Assembly (NCBI GenBank): GCA_005776395.1
Contig: SXPJ01000003.1
Coordinates: 29,227 to 93,226 of the forward strand
Direction: 5' to 3'
Length of the DNA: 64,000 nt
Source of the DNA: Bdellovibrionales bacterium
GTDB taxonomy: Bacteria; Bdellovibrionota; FAC87; UBA2466
A model generated the notes under the pieces. The model was not told where the DNA came from and did no database searches. It worked only from the letters and a program-made list of their open reading frames with translations. Numbering within the stretch: the first letter of the stretch is position 1; each line of letters starts with the position of its first letter. Below are positions 8,927 to 19,585 of the stretch, piece by piece. The position numbers and the translations under genes are program-made.

Positions 8927-10300
8927 TTACCCTAACTGGGCACGAATACTTTGTGCGATATCCGAAGCATATTCTTTGATCTTACTGTAGTCTTCGCCCT
9001 CCACCATCACTCTCGCTAAAGGCTCAGTTCCTGAGTATCGCACTAAAACTCTTCCATTTTCCCCTAATGCATCTTCCACTTTTTTGATGGAATTAATGAT
9101 TTTAGGGAATCTTTCAAAAGCATCTTTTTGTTTCACTATGACATTTTCCAAAACCTGAGGATACTGTGTCATCTGTCGTTTAAGTTCAGATAGTTTTTTA
9201 CCGGTCTTCTTCATGATAGAGAGAATTTTTAATGCAGCCATCATCCCATCACCGGTAGTATTGTGTTCTAAGAAAACCAAGTGCCCCGATTGTTCGCCAC
9301 CTAGGTTAAGATTTTCTTTTCTCATCATCTCAACAATATACCTGTCTCCTACTTGAGCATGAATTACTTGGCCTCCTGCTCGTTTCATTGCAACAGTAAG
9401 CCCCATATTGCTCATTGCAGTTGTGACAAGGGTATTTTTATTTAAGGTTCCCTCTCTCAACATATGTAAAGCACAAATGGCCATAATCTGATCGCCATCA
9501 ACCACTTCACCATTTTCATCAGATAAAATACACCGATCAGCATCCCCATCTAAAGCAATTCCAATTTCAGCGCGATGTTCGTGAACCGCTTTGCACATAG
9601 CCTGAGGATAGACGGCGCCACATTGATCATTGATATTTTCCCCATTAGGCTGGTTATTGATAGTAAAGACTTCAGCCCCCAGCTCCTCAAATACAATAGG
9701 GGCTACCTTATAAGCGGCTCCATTGGCACAATCCAAAACAACGCGAATCCCATCTAAAGTTTGCTCCTGAGGAAAGGTATCTTTGATATAAACAATGTAC
9801 CTTCCACTAGCATCTTCAATCCGTTTGGCTGTACCAATAAAATCCATGGTCGGGCGATATCGATTGAGTTCATCAGAGAACATTACCTGCTCAATCTCTT
9901 TTTCAGTGGTATCTGGAAGTTTGTAGCCCTGACGATCAAAAATCTTAATTCCATTATAGTGATAGGGATTATGACTGGCTGAAATAATCACACCTGCATC
10001 AGCTCTCATGCTTCTAGTGATAAAAGCGATTCCAGGGGTTGGAAGTGGCCCTACTAAGAAGACCTTGGCCCCCATGGAGCAAAACCCAGCGGATAAAGCA
10101 TTTTCCAGCATGTAGCCCGATCGTCTAGTATCTTTTCCAATAACGACTTTAGTATTTTTAGGGAGTCCACGATTGTCTTTTTGACAGAAAAGATAGGCGG
10201 TAGCCCTGCCAATAGCCATGGCGATTTCACTGGTCATGGGGTGCTGATTAGCTATTCCACGAACCCCATCGGTACCAAATAATTTGCTTTCCTTCGCCAT
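8927..10300 (-). CDS. glmM: Phosphoglucosamine mutase
   Basis: Active-site Ser motif GVIISASHNPYHYNGIK and alpha-D-phosphohexomutase architecture, 457 aa. Confidence 0.9.
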   Translation of the reverse strand: MAKESKLFGTDGVRGIANQHPMTSEIAMAIGRATAYLFCQKDNRGLPKNTKVVIGKDTRRSGYMLENALSAGFCSMGAKVFLVGPLPTPGIAFITRSMRADAGVIISASHNPYHYNGIKIFDRQGYKLPDTTEKEIEQVMFSDELNRYRPTMDFIGTAKRIEDASGRYIVYIKDTFPQEQTLDGIRVVLDCANGAAYKVAPIVFEELGAEVFTINNQPNGENINDQCGAVYPQAMCKAVHEHRAEIGIALDGDADRCILSDENGEVVDGDQIMAICALHMLREGTLNKNTLVTTAMSNMGLTVAMKRAGGQVIHAQVGDRYIVEMMRKENLNLGGEQSGHLVFLEHNTTGDGMMAALKILSIMKKTGKKLSELKRQMTQYPQVLENVIVKQKDAFERFPKIINSIKKVEDALGENGRVLVRYSGTEPLARVMVEGEDYSKIKEYASDIAQSIRAQLG

Positions 10301-10335
10301 TAAACTCTTCCTTGCTTCTTTAAGAGGAATTTCCC

Positions 10336-11046
10336 TTAATTTTCTAAATTCACCTTTTTTACTATTACCCGGACTTTGACCATTTTGTCTCTAGAAAGTT
10401 GAAATCCCTGGCTTGTATCCACTTCAGCATCTACCAACCCTTCATGGGTAGCAGTCAGCCCCTCAATATCCAGAGCCTCAGTCCCAATAAATTCAAGGGA
10501 GTCTAGGAGCCCTTTGGGGCCTAAAACCGCAATTTTCGAAGGGCTCGATTTTACCGTAACCACCTCATATCCTGAAGCTAGCTTACCACTCACTGTTGCT
10601 TTAACAGGGATATATCTCTCTACCACCTCCTCTAAACGGATTAAGACCTGGGGCGGCGAAATATAGGTAACCCGAACACCTGAAGGGAGTTCCCCTAGAA
10701 GATCCTCAGTTAGCGAAAAACCATTGGTGGCCTGTCGGGTATGGGTCAAATCTAGTCGAATAGGTTGAATCCGCTTATTTGCAGCCTCTAGCATAACTCT
10801 TGGCCCCGATAACGTAAATTGAATCGAAGCAGGAATTTTATTAACTATCATCATCCCTGGAGGCAATTGAGGTTCAAGACGAACATTCCTTTTCAACTCT
10901 TCTCTGCGATATCCAAGAATTGTAACCCATAAGATCAAAGACAAAAGTAAACTCACAGCTTTCAGGGCTAAGCTCTCACTCCACTGAAAACTTCCATGGG
11001 TATTGAATAAGCTTTTAAATTTGGGTTGGAACTGAAACTCTTTCAT
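10336..11046 (-). CDS. cdaR: CdaR-like YbbR-domain regulator of diadenylate cyclase
   Basis: N-terminal transmembrane (TM) segment followed by YbbR-like repeats. It is positioned between cdaA and glmM in the conserved cdaA-cdaR-glmM operon order, and its start overlaps the cdaA stop. Confidence 0.55.
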   Translation of the reverse strand: MKEFQFQPKFKSLFNTHGSFQWSESLALKAVSLLLSLILWVTILGYRREELKRNVRLEPQLPPGMMIVNKIPASIQFTLSGPRVMLEAANKRIQPIRLDLTHTRQATNGFSLTEDLLGELPSGVRVTYISPPQVLIRLEEVVERYIPVKATVSGKLASGYEVVTVKSSPSKIAVLGPKGLLDSLEFIGTEALDIEGLTATHEGLVDAEVDTSQGFQLSRDKMVKVRVIVKKVNLEN

Positions 11047-11846
11047 GCCCCCGCCCCTTTCTCTAAAACATTCTCAAACCGCCTTAAACCCAATAATTGG
11101 AGCAATTGATTCCTGAGTCCATTAATATCTAAATCTCTTATAATCGTCCCATGATGAACTAGAGAAATTTCTCCGCGCTCTTCACTTACTACTATAACCA
11201 CCGCATCGGTCTCTTGAGTGAGTCCTAGGGCAGCTCTGTGACGAGTTCCTAATTCTTTATTAATTGAAGGGTCTTTTGAAATGGGTAGTAAACAGCCTGC
11301 ACTGGAAATTCTTGAATTCCTAACAATCACAGCGCCATCATGAATCGGTGAAGAGGGATGAAAAATACTCACAAGAAGATCTTCACTAACTTTGGAATCA
11401 ATGATGATTCCTGCCTCAATATAATTTTTCAGACCTGTTTCCCGTTCCAATACAATAAGGGCTCCCACCTTCTGTCCGGCCAACATAAGAGCGGCTCGGC
11501 AAATTTCATCGACAATACCCACCTCTTCAATCGTGTTAGTGGAGGTGAAAAAAGGATTTCTACCGACCTGTGTAAGGGCTTTTCTAATCTCATCTTGGAA
11601 TACGATAATCAAAATTAAGATTAGATTATTGAAAAACTCTATAAGAATCGTATGAAGCGTAAAAAGCTTGAGTTGCTCAGCAAGGTAATAAGCAATCAGG
11701 ATAATCCCAAAGCCAGTCAACATCTGAACGGCTCGAGTCCCTCGAATAAGGAGCAATACTCGATAGACGATAATACACACTAGCAGGATATCGAAAAGAT
11801 CCTGCCATCGTAGAATTTCACGAATATTACTTAGAAACTCAAACAT
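11043..11846 (-). CDS. cdaA: Diadenylate cyclase CdaA (c-di-AMP synthase) with an N-terminal membrane anchor
   Basis: Three N-terminal TM helices and a DAC domain with DGA (HDGAVIV) and RHRAA (GTRHRAALGLTQETDAVVIVVSEERG) motifs. Confidence 0.85.
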   Translation of the reverse strand: MFEFLSNIREILRWQDLFDILLVCIIVYRVLLLIRGTRAVQMLTGFGIILIAYYLAEQLKLFTLHTILIEFFNNLILILIIVFQDEIRKALTQVGRNPFFTSTNTIEEVGIVDEICRAALMLAGQKVGALIVLERETGLKNYIEAGIIIDSKVSEDLLVSIFHPSSPIHDGAVIVRNSRISSAGCLLPISKDPSINKELGTRHRAALGLTQETDAVVIVVSEERGEISLVHHGTIIRDLDINGLRNQLLQLLGLRRFENVLEKGAGA

Positions 11847-11946
11847 GAATTACCTTAAATATCATTACACACTACACCTGTACTACCTTTTCGACATAAT
11901 TGCTTAAAGTTGTGAGGGAAAATTATGAACTTACTTAGTAAGAACC

Positions 11947-13881
11947 TTAAGCTACTTCAGTATTAGACTTTATCTTTGGAAACACCTGTGGAACAGCTTC
12001 AATAGTAATACTAGCTGCATTGTGGTTTCCTGTGGATGGAGAGCTAGTTTCAATCACAAAAGGCGGAAGTGGTTTACCTTCTATTAGAAGATCGATTTCA
12101 TTTCGCTCTAAAGTTTCTCGCTCTAGGAGTGCGGCAGCCATAGCATGAAGAACATCCATCTTAGCTTTTAGTATTTCAACCCCTCGATCGTAATTTACAG
12201 TAATAAGCCTACGAATTTCACTGTCTACAACTTCAGCGGTCTTTTGGCTTAGGTCATGACGTTGAGAAAATTCTCTTCCTAAAAAGACATTCTCTTCTTT
12301 CTTTGCAATAGCCACAGGACCGATGGCATCACTCATTCCCCACTCACAAACCATTCTTCGTGCAAGGTCGGTTGCGCGCTCAATATCATTACCTGCACCC
12401 GTTGTTTTTTGACCAAAGACTAGACTTTCAGCAATGCATCCTCCCATTAAGAAGGAGATCATGTTTTCAGCTTTTTCTTTAGACAGGGTCAGTTGATCTT
12501 CTGTGGGAAGAGTTTGAGTCACACCTAAAGCCATTCCTCGAGGAATAATAGTCACTTTATGAACAGGATCTAACCCTTTTAAGTTTTTACCTACAATGGT
12601 ATGGCCAGCTTCGTGATAAGCAATAGATTTCTTCTCTTCGATGCCAATGAGTAGGGATCTCCTCTCAGTGCCCATCAAAACCTTATCTTTAGCAAACTCA
12701 AACTCTGTCATATTGATAACATTTTTATTTCTTCGTGCAGCAGCTAGAGCCGCTTCATTCACCAAATTCTGAAGATCAGCGCCAGAAAAACCAGGAGTTC
12801 CTCTAGCGATAATGGCAAGATTCACATCACTTCCAATGGGAGTTTTACGAGTGTGAACCTTTAAAATACCTTCTCTTCCTCGAACATCAGGTTTAGCTAC
12901 AACTACAGTTCTGTCAAAGCGTCCAGGACGTAACAAAGCGGGATCTAAAACATCGGGGCGATTGGTCGCTGCAACAAGAATGACCCCTTCTTTAGAATCA
13001 AATCCATCCATCTCAACTAGAAGTTGATTTAAGGTTTGCTCTCTTTCATCATGACCGCCACCTAAACCCGCTCCTCTTTGTCTTCCTACAGCATCAATCT
13101 CATCGATAAAAATAATACAGGGGGCATGTTTTCGACCCTGTTCGAAAAGATCTCTCACTCTTGAAGCTCCCACTCCCACAAACATCTCCACAAAGTCGGA
13201 GCCGCTAATACTAAAGAAAGGCACCATCGCTTCACCGGCAACCGCTTTAGCTAATAATGTTTTTCCAGTTCCGGGACCTCCCACCAGTAAAACACCTTTA
13301 GGAATGCGCCCCCCAAGTCGGGTAAACTTTCTAGGATCTTTTAAAAATTCAACCACCTCTTTAAGTTCCTCTTTAGCTTCGTCACAACCGGCTACATCGG
13401 CAAACGTAACTTTAGTATGCCCTTCCGTAAGCAGTTTTGCTCTGGAACGACCAAACTGCATAGCTTTTCCACCGCTGGCCTGAACCTGACGCAAGAAGAC
13501 TACAAGAAGTCCAAGTACAAAAAGCATGGGGCCCCAACCAATTAAAAACTGCATCCACATGGATCCGTTTTCATCTACATCATAATTAGGAATAAGACCG
13601 TGTTCATTTAACAATTTCGTATAGAACTCAGATGAAGTATCTCCAATACTTTCAAAAACCTGTCCTTTTTCGGGCTCAGGCGCTGAGGTATTAAACCTTC
13701 CCTCGATTTTGCCATGGGATTTGTAGATCACACTTTCAACTTGATTCTTTTTCACCGCATCAATAAAGCGATTAAAAGTGATCTTTCTATCGTTATGAGC
13801 GACTCGCGCTGTTTGAAATAAGACCAGAGCCATCATAGCGAGTAAAAACCAAGCAAAAATCGTTTTCTGAGATGATTTCAT
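11947..13881 (-). CDS. ftsH: ATP-dependent zinc metalloprotease FtsH
   Basis: Walker [19 protein letters not shown], the second region of homology, and zinc motif HEAGHTIVG. Two N-terminal TM segments, 644 aa. Confidence 0.95.
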   Translation of the reverse strand: MKSSQKTIFAWFLLAMMALVLFQTARVAHNDRKITFNRFIDAVKKNQVESVIYKSHGKIEGRFNTSAPEPEKGQVFESIGDTSSEFYTKLLNEHGLIPNYDVDENGSMWMQFLIGWGPMLFVLGLLVVFLRQVQASGGKAMQFGRSRAKLLTEGHTKVTFADVAGCDEAKEELKEVVEFLKDPRKFTRLGGRIPKGVLLVGGPGTGKTLLAKAVAGEAMVPFFSISGSDFVEMFVGVGASRVRDLFEQGRKHAPCIIFIDEIDAVGRQRGAGLGGGHDEREQTLNQLLVEMDGFDSKEGVILVAATNRPDVLDPALLRPGRFDRTVVVAKPDVRGREGILKVHTRKTPIGSDVNLAIIARGTPGFSGADLQNLVNEAALAAARRNKNVINMTEFEFAKDKVLMGTERRSLLIGIEEKKSIAYHEAGHTIVGKNLKGLDPVHKVTIIPRGMALGVTQTLPTEDQLTLSKEKAENMISFLMGGCIAESLVFGQKTTGAGNDIERATDLARRMVCEWGMSDAIGPVAIAKKEENVFLGREFSQRHDLSQKTAEVVDSEIRRLITVNYDRGVEILKAKMDVLHAMAAALLERETLERNEIDLLIEGKPLPPFVIETSSPSTGNHNAASITIEAVPQVFPKIKSNTEVA

Positions 13882-14080
13882 AAACCTATTTCCCGAGAGT
13901 TTAGTAGTTAATAAATCGGCTCCTTAAACACTTTGCCTTAACCAAATTTTTTAAATTAATTTGAGCTTCCTTAATTTGTTATTAAATAAAGTACTTTGTA
14001 GAATTAAAACAACACCCTAACCCAAAGCGTCACCCCTTAAGTTTTGCCCCAAACATTCCGAAAGACTTAAGAGGTTTAAA

Positions 14081-14407
14081 ATGGAAGAGAATAGAAGACA
14101 ATTTTTTCGACTGGAATACCCAGGGAACACGGGTCCAAGGTTTATTTCAGGAGGCGTTAACTTCCAGGTTCTTGATTTATCAGAGTATGGATTAAGGCTT
14201 AAGATTAAAAGCAATATCGGTTATCAATCTGGAACTAGCTTTGTGGGATCACTCACCTTTACCAGTGGAGAATCCTTCTTGGTTTTTGGAACTATCAAAC
14301 GAATTACTGAAGATAGCCTTAGTATTGAATTGAAAAAAGCTGTTCCTTTAAGAATCATTATGGCCGAACAGAGAAGGCTTATTCAATTGTTCCCCAAAAG
14401 AGCCTAA
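14081..14407 (+). CDS. PilZ-domain protein (second standalone c-di-GMP receptor candidate)
   Basis: RRQFFRL (RxxxR) followed by DLSEYGL (DxSxxG), 108 aa. Confidence 0.5.
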   Translation: MEENRRQFFRLEYPGNTGPRFISGGVNFQVLDLSEYGLRLKIKSNIGYQSGTSFVGSLTFTSGESFLVFGTIKRITEDSLSIELKKAVPLRIIMAEQRRLIQLFPKRA

Positions 14408-14417
14408 ACAACCGTTT

Positions 14418-15680
14418 CTACTTTTGAATAGCAAATGGAAAACTTAACTGTTCCACCAGAATCCTAGGATTCAATTCGGGGTAGATCCATTCCAATTCAT
14501 TGGAATCTTTTTTAGCTAGAACCGGAATAAAACTTCGTTCCCACTTGGGGATTCTTTTTTCCAAAAAATATTCCTTCACTTTTTTACCACGAAATCTATC
14601 TCCAGGCCGGTAGTGTCGCCACTCTACCCCCTCTAATTCCCCCTTAATTTTTAAACTTAAACCCAACAGATCACAAATCACCCGATTATCGAATGTTCGA
14701 TACTCAAGTTTAATCTTTTTTTTACTCTCACTCTGTTTCCTAAAATAAAGAAATCCACATGACTCGCTCACTTCAATGCCAGGGCCACAGTAGTTTTTTT
14801 TGCGAGCCTCAAGAGCGGTTTCCAATCTCTTTAATTCTACAATCGAAAGGGTTTCCGCCCCCACTTCAGAGAGAATCATTCTCAAAGCTCTTCTTCTCTC
14901 TAAAGATGTAAAGATATCCATAGTTACCTTAGAGATTCTGCTCCAGAAAGCAGTTTGAATCCAAGAGGAAGAGAGGCTCTTTTTTATTTTTCGATTCAAC
15001 TCCTTTTTTGTCCACTGAATCTCTTCAAACATAGGCTCTAATCGTTGAAGCCACATCTCTTTTCCACCATAACGTTCGGATAATTTCTCCATAATAGGCA
15101 GCAAATTTAAACGAACTTCATTTCTAAAATTTTGAGGTTCAAGATTTGAAGAGTCTAATCTAAATTTTAAATCTCTTTTGCTAATCTCTTTTTCCAAGGA
15201 TTCCTTAGAAAATTTTAGCAATGGACGTATCCATCCCCCCTTAAGAGGCTCCATAACTCCCAATCCATCAAGCCCTGTGCCTCTAATAAGTCGCATTAAA
15301 AATGTTTCCAACTGATCTTGAAGATGGTGAGCAAACACAATGTAATCGCAATTATGGCGCCTTCTTACCTGTTCTAGGAAATCATACCGCTCTTTACGAA
15401 GAGCCGTCTCTGAAAGTTTATGCCCTTCTCTATGGCCCAACTCAAAAGTAAGTTGCTGTCTTAAAGCACACTCCTCAACAAATTTAGCATCCTCTATTGA
15501 TTGTCCGTGGCGAGTTCCGTGATCAAAGTGAGCGATAACAAGCCTATCTGACGAGACCAATTCACTCATTAGCTCCAGAAGAACTATAGAATCCATTCCT
15601 CCGGAAATAGCTAGAACATACTTAAAATCCTGAAAGTTAGGGAGAATTTTAGAAAGGTTTTGGGTAAAGAGTTCTAACAT
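14418..15680 (-). CDS. tilS: tRNA(Ile)-lysidine synthetase
   Basis: PP-loop SGGxDS in LAISGGMDSIVL, N-type ATP pyrophosphatase, 420 aa. Confidence 0.85.
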   Translation of the reverse strand: MLELFTQNLSKILPNFQDFKYVLAISGGMDSIVLLELMSELVSSDRLVIAHFDHGTRHGQSIEDAKFVEECALRQQLTFELGHREGHKLSETALRKERYDFLEQVRRRHNCDYIVFAHHLQDQLETFLMRLIRGTGLDGLGVMEPLKGGWIRPLLKFSKESLEKEISKRDLKFRLDSSNLEPQNFRNEVRLNLLPIMEKLSERYGGKEMWLQRLEPMFEEIQWTKKELNRKIKKSLSSSWIQTAFWSRISKVTMDIFTSLERRRALRMILSEVGAETLSIVELKRLETALEARKKNYCGPGIEVSESCGFLYFRKQSESKKKIKLEYRTFDNRVICDLLGLSLKIKGELEGVEWRHYRPGDRFRGKKVKEYFLEKRIPKWERSFIPVLAKKDSNELEWIYPELNPRILVEQLSFPFAIQK

Positions 15681-15723
15681 TCTTAGGTGCTATCATAGTT
15701 TTAGCACCGGGCGAAGAGATCTC

Positions 15724-16761
15724 TTATTCGTTTTCTGTTGGGGCTTCAGACTCGTTAGCTAGATTACTATCCTCTTCTTGCCTTAGTTTATCCTGCTCAG
15801 CCTCCATATCCTCTGCTAACATTCGTTTTTTAGCCTTACCTAATTTGCCTTTTTTCTTTTTCACCCGTTTAAGAGGTAACTCAATCTCAGCATCGGAAGA
15901 ATCTCCTTCAGCCACCTCCTCCTCATCCCCTTCACCGTTTGAATCGGCTATTTTTTCCGACTCCTCTCTTTCCCTTCGGCGATCCTCTTCTTCCAGTCTA
16001 TCTTTTTCAGCTCTCTCGGTTTTAAGCTTTTCATACTCTTCTAAAGAAATTTCACTTTTATCCGGCAATCGGGGAGTTTGTTTCCCTGTTAAGACAGGTG
16101 CAGGATTTAAATTTGAATTGGGCTTCGCTAAAGGGGGATTATTGATTTTAAAATCAGGCTTAGTGACTGGAGAGGTAACTCTAGCTGGATCTCTTATTCC
16201 CTCTTCAGTTCTGATGGGAGACACCACATCTCCGAAGCGGCCCAAAAGCCCCTTTACATAAATGCCGCCCACGACAAGTAGACTTACTAGAACGGCGTAA
16301 CCCCACCCGCCCTTTCGGGAATTGGGCGAAGTATAAGGTAAAATATCAACCCCATCTTGTGTTGATTCTGTAAAGAAGGAGTTGATAGTTTTTAGTTTGT
16401 TTTTTTTACCAGATATGATTAGGTCTTCGGGGTTAATCATCGCAATGGCATCAGGAAGACTCTCAATCGCTTTAGCTTTTACTTCTTTAGAGTCAAGAGA
16501 AGCTCTTTTCTCCTCTATACCCTTGCTTATATCACTTCCAGGATTGGATGACTTTTCTCTGAGATCAAATTCAGGATATTGCCACAGAAACTTCCACTCT
16601 GATTTTTCCTCTTCACTGTTTTCAGTTACTTTAAGTGCCAAGTCGGTGCGACTTAGTATCTTTTCGGAAAGAAGGGTTGAAACCTCTTCAAACGTCAGAG
16701 GTCCTCGAGGGGACTTATTAACAAGAACTATCCAGTGTTTTCCCATGTGACTCTCGCACAA
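15724..16761 (-). CDS. Hypothetical protein with a DUF4339/GYF-like N-terminal domain, one TM helix and a highly charged Lys/Glu/Asp-rich tail
   Basis: N-terminal HWIVLVNKSPRGPLTFEEV resembles the GYF-like DUF4339 fold. TM helix GWGYAVLVSLLVVGGIYV. The C-terminus is poly-E/K/D/R low complexity. The real start is probably the internal Met, MGKHW. Confidence 0.4.
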   Translation of the reverse strand: MCESHMGKHWIVLVNKSPRGPLTFEEVSTLLSEKILSRTDLALKVTENSEEEKSEWKFLWQYPEFDLREKSSNPGSDISKGIEEKRASLDSKEVKAKAIESLPDAIAMINPEDLIISGKKNKLKTINSFFTESTQDGVDILPYTSPNSRKGGWGYAVLVSLLVVGGIYVKGLLGRFGDVVSPIRTEEGIRDPARVTSPVTKPDFKINNPPLAKPNSNLNPAPVLTGKQTPRLPDKSEISLEEYEKLKTERAEKDRLEEEDRRREREESEKIADSNGEGDEEEVAEGDSSDAEIELPLKRVKKKKGKLGKAKKRMLAEDMEAEQDKLRQEEDSNLANESEAPTENE

Positions 16762-16790
16762 TGAGACCTGAAACGTCCTTGTTTAGGGGT

Positions 16791-17588
16791 CTACTTTTTA
16801 ATTTTGCTTACCACAGACTTCATCCGTTCGTGAATTCGTCCATTGGTCGCTAAACAATATCCATCATATATCGAAGTCTTCTCTCCTTGGTAATCGGTCA
16901 CTTTTCCCCCAGCCTCTTCTACCAAGAGAAAACCCGCAGCAACATCCCAAGAGGAAAGACCTCGTTCCCAAAAACCATCAAATCGACCACTCGCAACACA
17001 AGCCAAATCTAAAGCTGCACTGCCAGGCCGTCTAACCGCTAGAGTTTGTTCATTCATCTCTTGAAATACTTTAATCTCAGCTGCCAGCGATTTGGATTTC
17101 GAGTAATAAAATCCGGTTCCTACTAATGCCTCATCTAACTTTTTTGTCTGAGAAACTTTAATCCGTTTCCCATTCAAAAATGCCCCTTTACCCTTTTCTG
17201 CATAATAGAGTTCTTGGGTAAAGGGCTGATAAATAACCCCTGCCCTAGCCATTCCCTTTGAGTACAAACCAATTGAAACACAAAACCAAGGAAACCCATG
17301 AGCATAGTTTGAGGTGCCATCAAGAGGATCGGTAATCCATAAGAGATCCGAATCCCCGTGATACTCTCCTGTTTCTTCTGTAATTATCGAACTTTTAGGG
17401 AATTTTCTTAAGATGTTCTTTATTAGATAAGCTTCAGCTGCTTTATCGGCTTCAGTCACAATACCGGCATTGGGTTTAATCTCAATCTTATGCTTTTTGT
17501 TGAAATACTTCATTAATATCGCCCCTGCCCCTCGGGCCAGGTCGATTATAAATTTAGCTGAAGGTTCGCAAGGTTTAGCTGATCTCAT
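16791..17588 (-). CDS. suhB: Inositol monophosphatase family protein (SuhB-like)
   Basis: IMPase motifs WITDPLDGTSNYAHGFP and the FIG family signature, 265 aa. Confidence 0.8.
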   Translation of the reverse strand: MRSAKPCEPSAKFIIDLARGAGAILMKYFNKKHKIEIKPNAGIVTEADKAAEAYLIKNILRKFPKSSIITEETGEYHGDSDLLWITDPLDGTSNYAHGFPWFCVSIGLYSKGMARAGVIYQPFTQELYYAEKGKGAFLNGKRIKVSQTKKLDEALVGTGFYYSKSKSLAAEIKVFQEMNEQTLAVRRPGSAALDLACVASGRFDGFWERGLSSWDVAAGFLLVEEAGGKVTDYQGEKTSIYDGYCLATNGRIHERMKSVVSKIKK

Positions 17589-17592
17589 AGCT

Positions 17593-18162
17593 TTAAGGAG
17601 CCTTTACTTGATTTTTGGCCCTCTTCGAAATTTTTCTAACTTTGGCCTCGGCCTGTTCCTCGGCCTCCATTTTCATCGCTTGAATCAATTGTTGATTTTT
17701 CTCCACAATTTTTTCAAATTGTTTTCGTTGAGCTTCATCCAATTCCCACTGAAAAACAACCTCATCAACTTTATTTTCCAATTCATTCATTGATTGGGTT
17801 AGATAAGAAACGAAGTTAGCATCATCGTAGGTCACAGGTTTTAGTGGCTCTTTTTGCTCGCGGTAGTAGCACAATGTCTTTCTAATTAGTTTATCAACAG
17901 GATGTTGATCTCTCTGCCTATCCACCGCATCTATAACTTTTTCACGAATGGCTAAAATCTTAAAAATTCTAGAAGACAGTTTTCGGTTTGAAGTCACAAG
18001 CCCCCTTCCGACCGCTTCAAAATAGTTAATAAAAGGAGAGGGATCGGGTAAAAGCTCGACACAGTTCATAGGCAACGAATAAACTCCCGGTTCTGAAAGC
18101 GTTGCGCTGTATACGGAGCTGCACGTCAAAACACTAAAAAGAACTAAAAAGAGTTTTGCCAC
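17593..18162 (-). CDS. Secreted hypothetical protein with a coiled-coil C-terminus
   Basis: Signal peptide MAKLFLVLFSVLTCSSVYSA. The protein is co-transcribed with the suhB-like gene, with a 4 bp gap. Confidence 0.4.
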   Translation of the reverse strand: MAKLFLVLFSVLTCSSVYSATLSEPGVYSLPMNCVELLPDPSPFINYFEAVGRGLVTSNRKLSSRIFKILAIREKVIDAVDRQRDQHPVDKLIRKTLCYYREQKEPLKPVTYDDANFVSYLTQSMNELENKVDEVVFQWELDEAQRKQFEKIVEKNQQLIQAMKMEAEEQAEAKVRKISKRAKNQVKAP

Positions 18163-18228
18163 GGGAGGTTCCTTTCCATTTGATATTAACTATACTATCT
18201 TACAGAGTTTAATCGGGCTTAATACGGA

Positions 18229-19554
18229 ATGCAAAATATACCCCTAGAATTTGATCTTTTGGTTTTAGGAAATGAGCCTGGGGGTTTGTGGCTAATTCGG
18301 GAATTTTCAAAACTTTATTCTCATGAAGCCTCTATAAAACAGACAAATAAAACCCAAGCTAATTTGGGGTGGTTAAAACTAAGCGAGCCCCCTAGCGGTC
18401 TTTATTTGCCCAAAACCACCGCTCATCATTTTAACATTGAAACAAAAAATCTTTTTTCTGCTGAAATTGCTTCTACTCAGAGCCTATTTCGGTGGAGCCC
18501 TGAAAAGGTTTTTAACCACTTTTCTAGTCTACCCAAAGTTTTTAAAACCCGTTTTATGCAATCTCTAAGTCCCCCGAATTCCAAAGAGCGACAGGCGATT
18601 CGAGTGGCTTTAAATCAGCAACCAGAACTTTTAACTTACGCTCAGGCTTTGTGGAAAAAGATAGGACGTAGTCGCAAGATGACTCCTGAACTCATGGTTT
18701 GGGCGGCTCTTCAGGCCACAGAGCTTTCCCAATACGATCCCGAAAAACTAGTCTCTGAACTTACCCACTTAAAAACCTTTGACCTATCTGAGCACCAAAA
18801 ATGGGTTTCGATTGAAAAAATTTCCTCTCCCAATGTTCAATCCAAAGGAAAAATTTTTAAAATTACTCTCTCTTCCGGAGTGACACTGCTTACAAAGTTT
18901 TTAGTTCTTAACTTAAGCCTCCGCCAGCTTAGGACTCTTAATGCCAACTCAAATCTTATCTCTTGGGCTCCAGACATAGAGCCTATCCTAAGCCGTTTTT
19001 GCCATTATCCTATCACCCTGGAATTTGAAAACTATCGACTTCCTCAAAACGTACAACCCCTAACCCTTCTTTTAGATGAAGAGATCCTTCCCGAGCCCGA
19101 TATCGAGATGTGGCCTATGGCTGTAACCTCCTATCAGGACAAACAATCGATAACTCTTTGGACCACCGATCGAGCTGAGTTTTCCTATGAAGGGGTTAGC
19201 CAAAACATAAAAAAAGCTTTAGGCCGATTCCACTACCACTTTCCACAGGCTCTTAAAAAAACAATAAGCCAGTCAATCTCATTGGGGCTAGATTCTTGTT
19301 ATTGCGATGAACAACGGGCTATTACGATTCAACAGATTGAGAGGGATCGTCAAGAGCTCTATGGCGTATCGCTGCTACATGTTCGAACCCGAAAAAAAGG
19401 GATCTACTCCCTTCTTCCTGCGCTGCATTGTACACTCCCCTATCCCTTAGGGCCTCTCACTGGAGCTTGTGAGATTTTAAAAGACCTCTTTAGCAGAAAA
19501 ACTCTTAAGAACTATAGCCCTGAGAAAGGGATAAGTTCTTTAACCTCTCCTTGA
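18229..19554 (+). CDS. Hypothetical protein with a degenerate N-terminal dinucleotide-binding (GxGxxG-like) motif
   Basis: FDLLVLGNEPGGLW resembles the FAD/NAD-binding beta-alpha-beta of amine oxidase or phytoene desaturase-like proteins. The rest is unrecognised. Confidence 0.35.
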   Translation: MQNIPLEFDLLVLGNEPGGLWLIREFSKLYSHEASIKQTNKTQANLGWLKLSEPPSGLYLPKTTAHHFNIETKNLFSAEIASTQSLFRWSPEKVFNHFSSLPKVFKTRFMQSLSPPNSKERQAIRVALNQQPELLTYAQALWKKIGRSRKMTPELMVWAALQATELSQYDPEKLVSELTHLKTFDLSEHQKWVSIEKISSPNVQSKGKIFKITLSSGVTLLTKFLVLNLSLRQLRTLNANSNLISWAPDIEPILSRFCHYPITLEFENYRLPQNVQPLTLLLDEEILPEPDIEMWPMAVTSYQDKQSITLWTTDRAEFSYEGVSQNIKKALGRFHYHFPQALKKTISQSISLGLDSCYCDEQRAITIQQIERDRQELYGVSLLHVRTRKKGIYSLLPALHCTLPYPLGPLTGACEILKDLFSRKTLKNYSPEKGISSLTSP

Positions 19555-19585
19555 GTTCTTTCTGATAATTCGATAAAAGTTTCGA

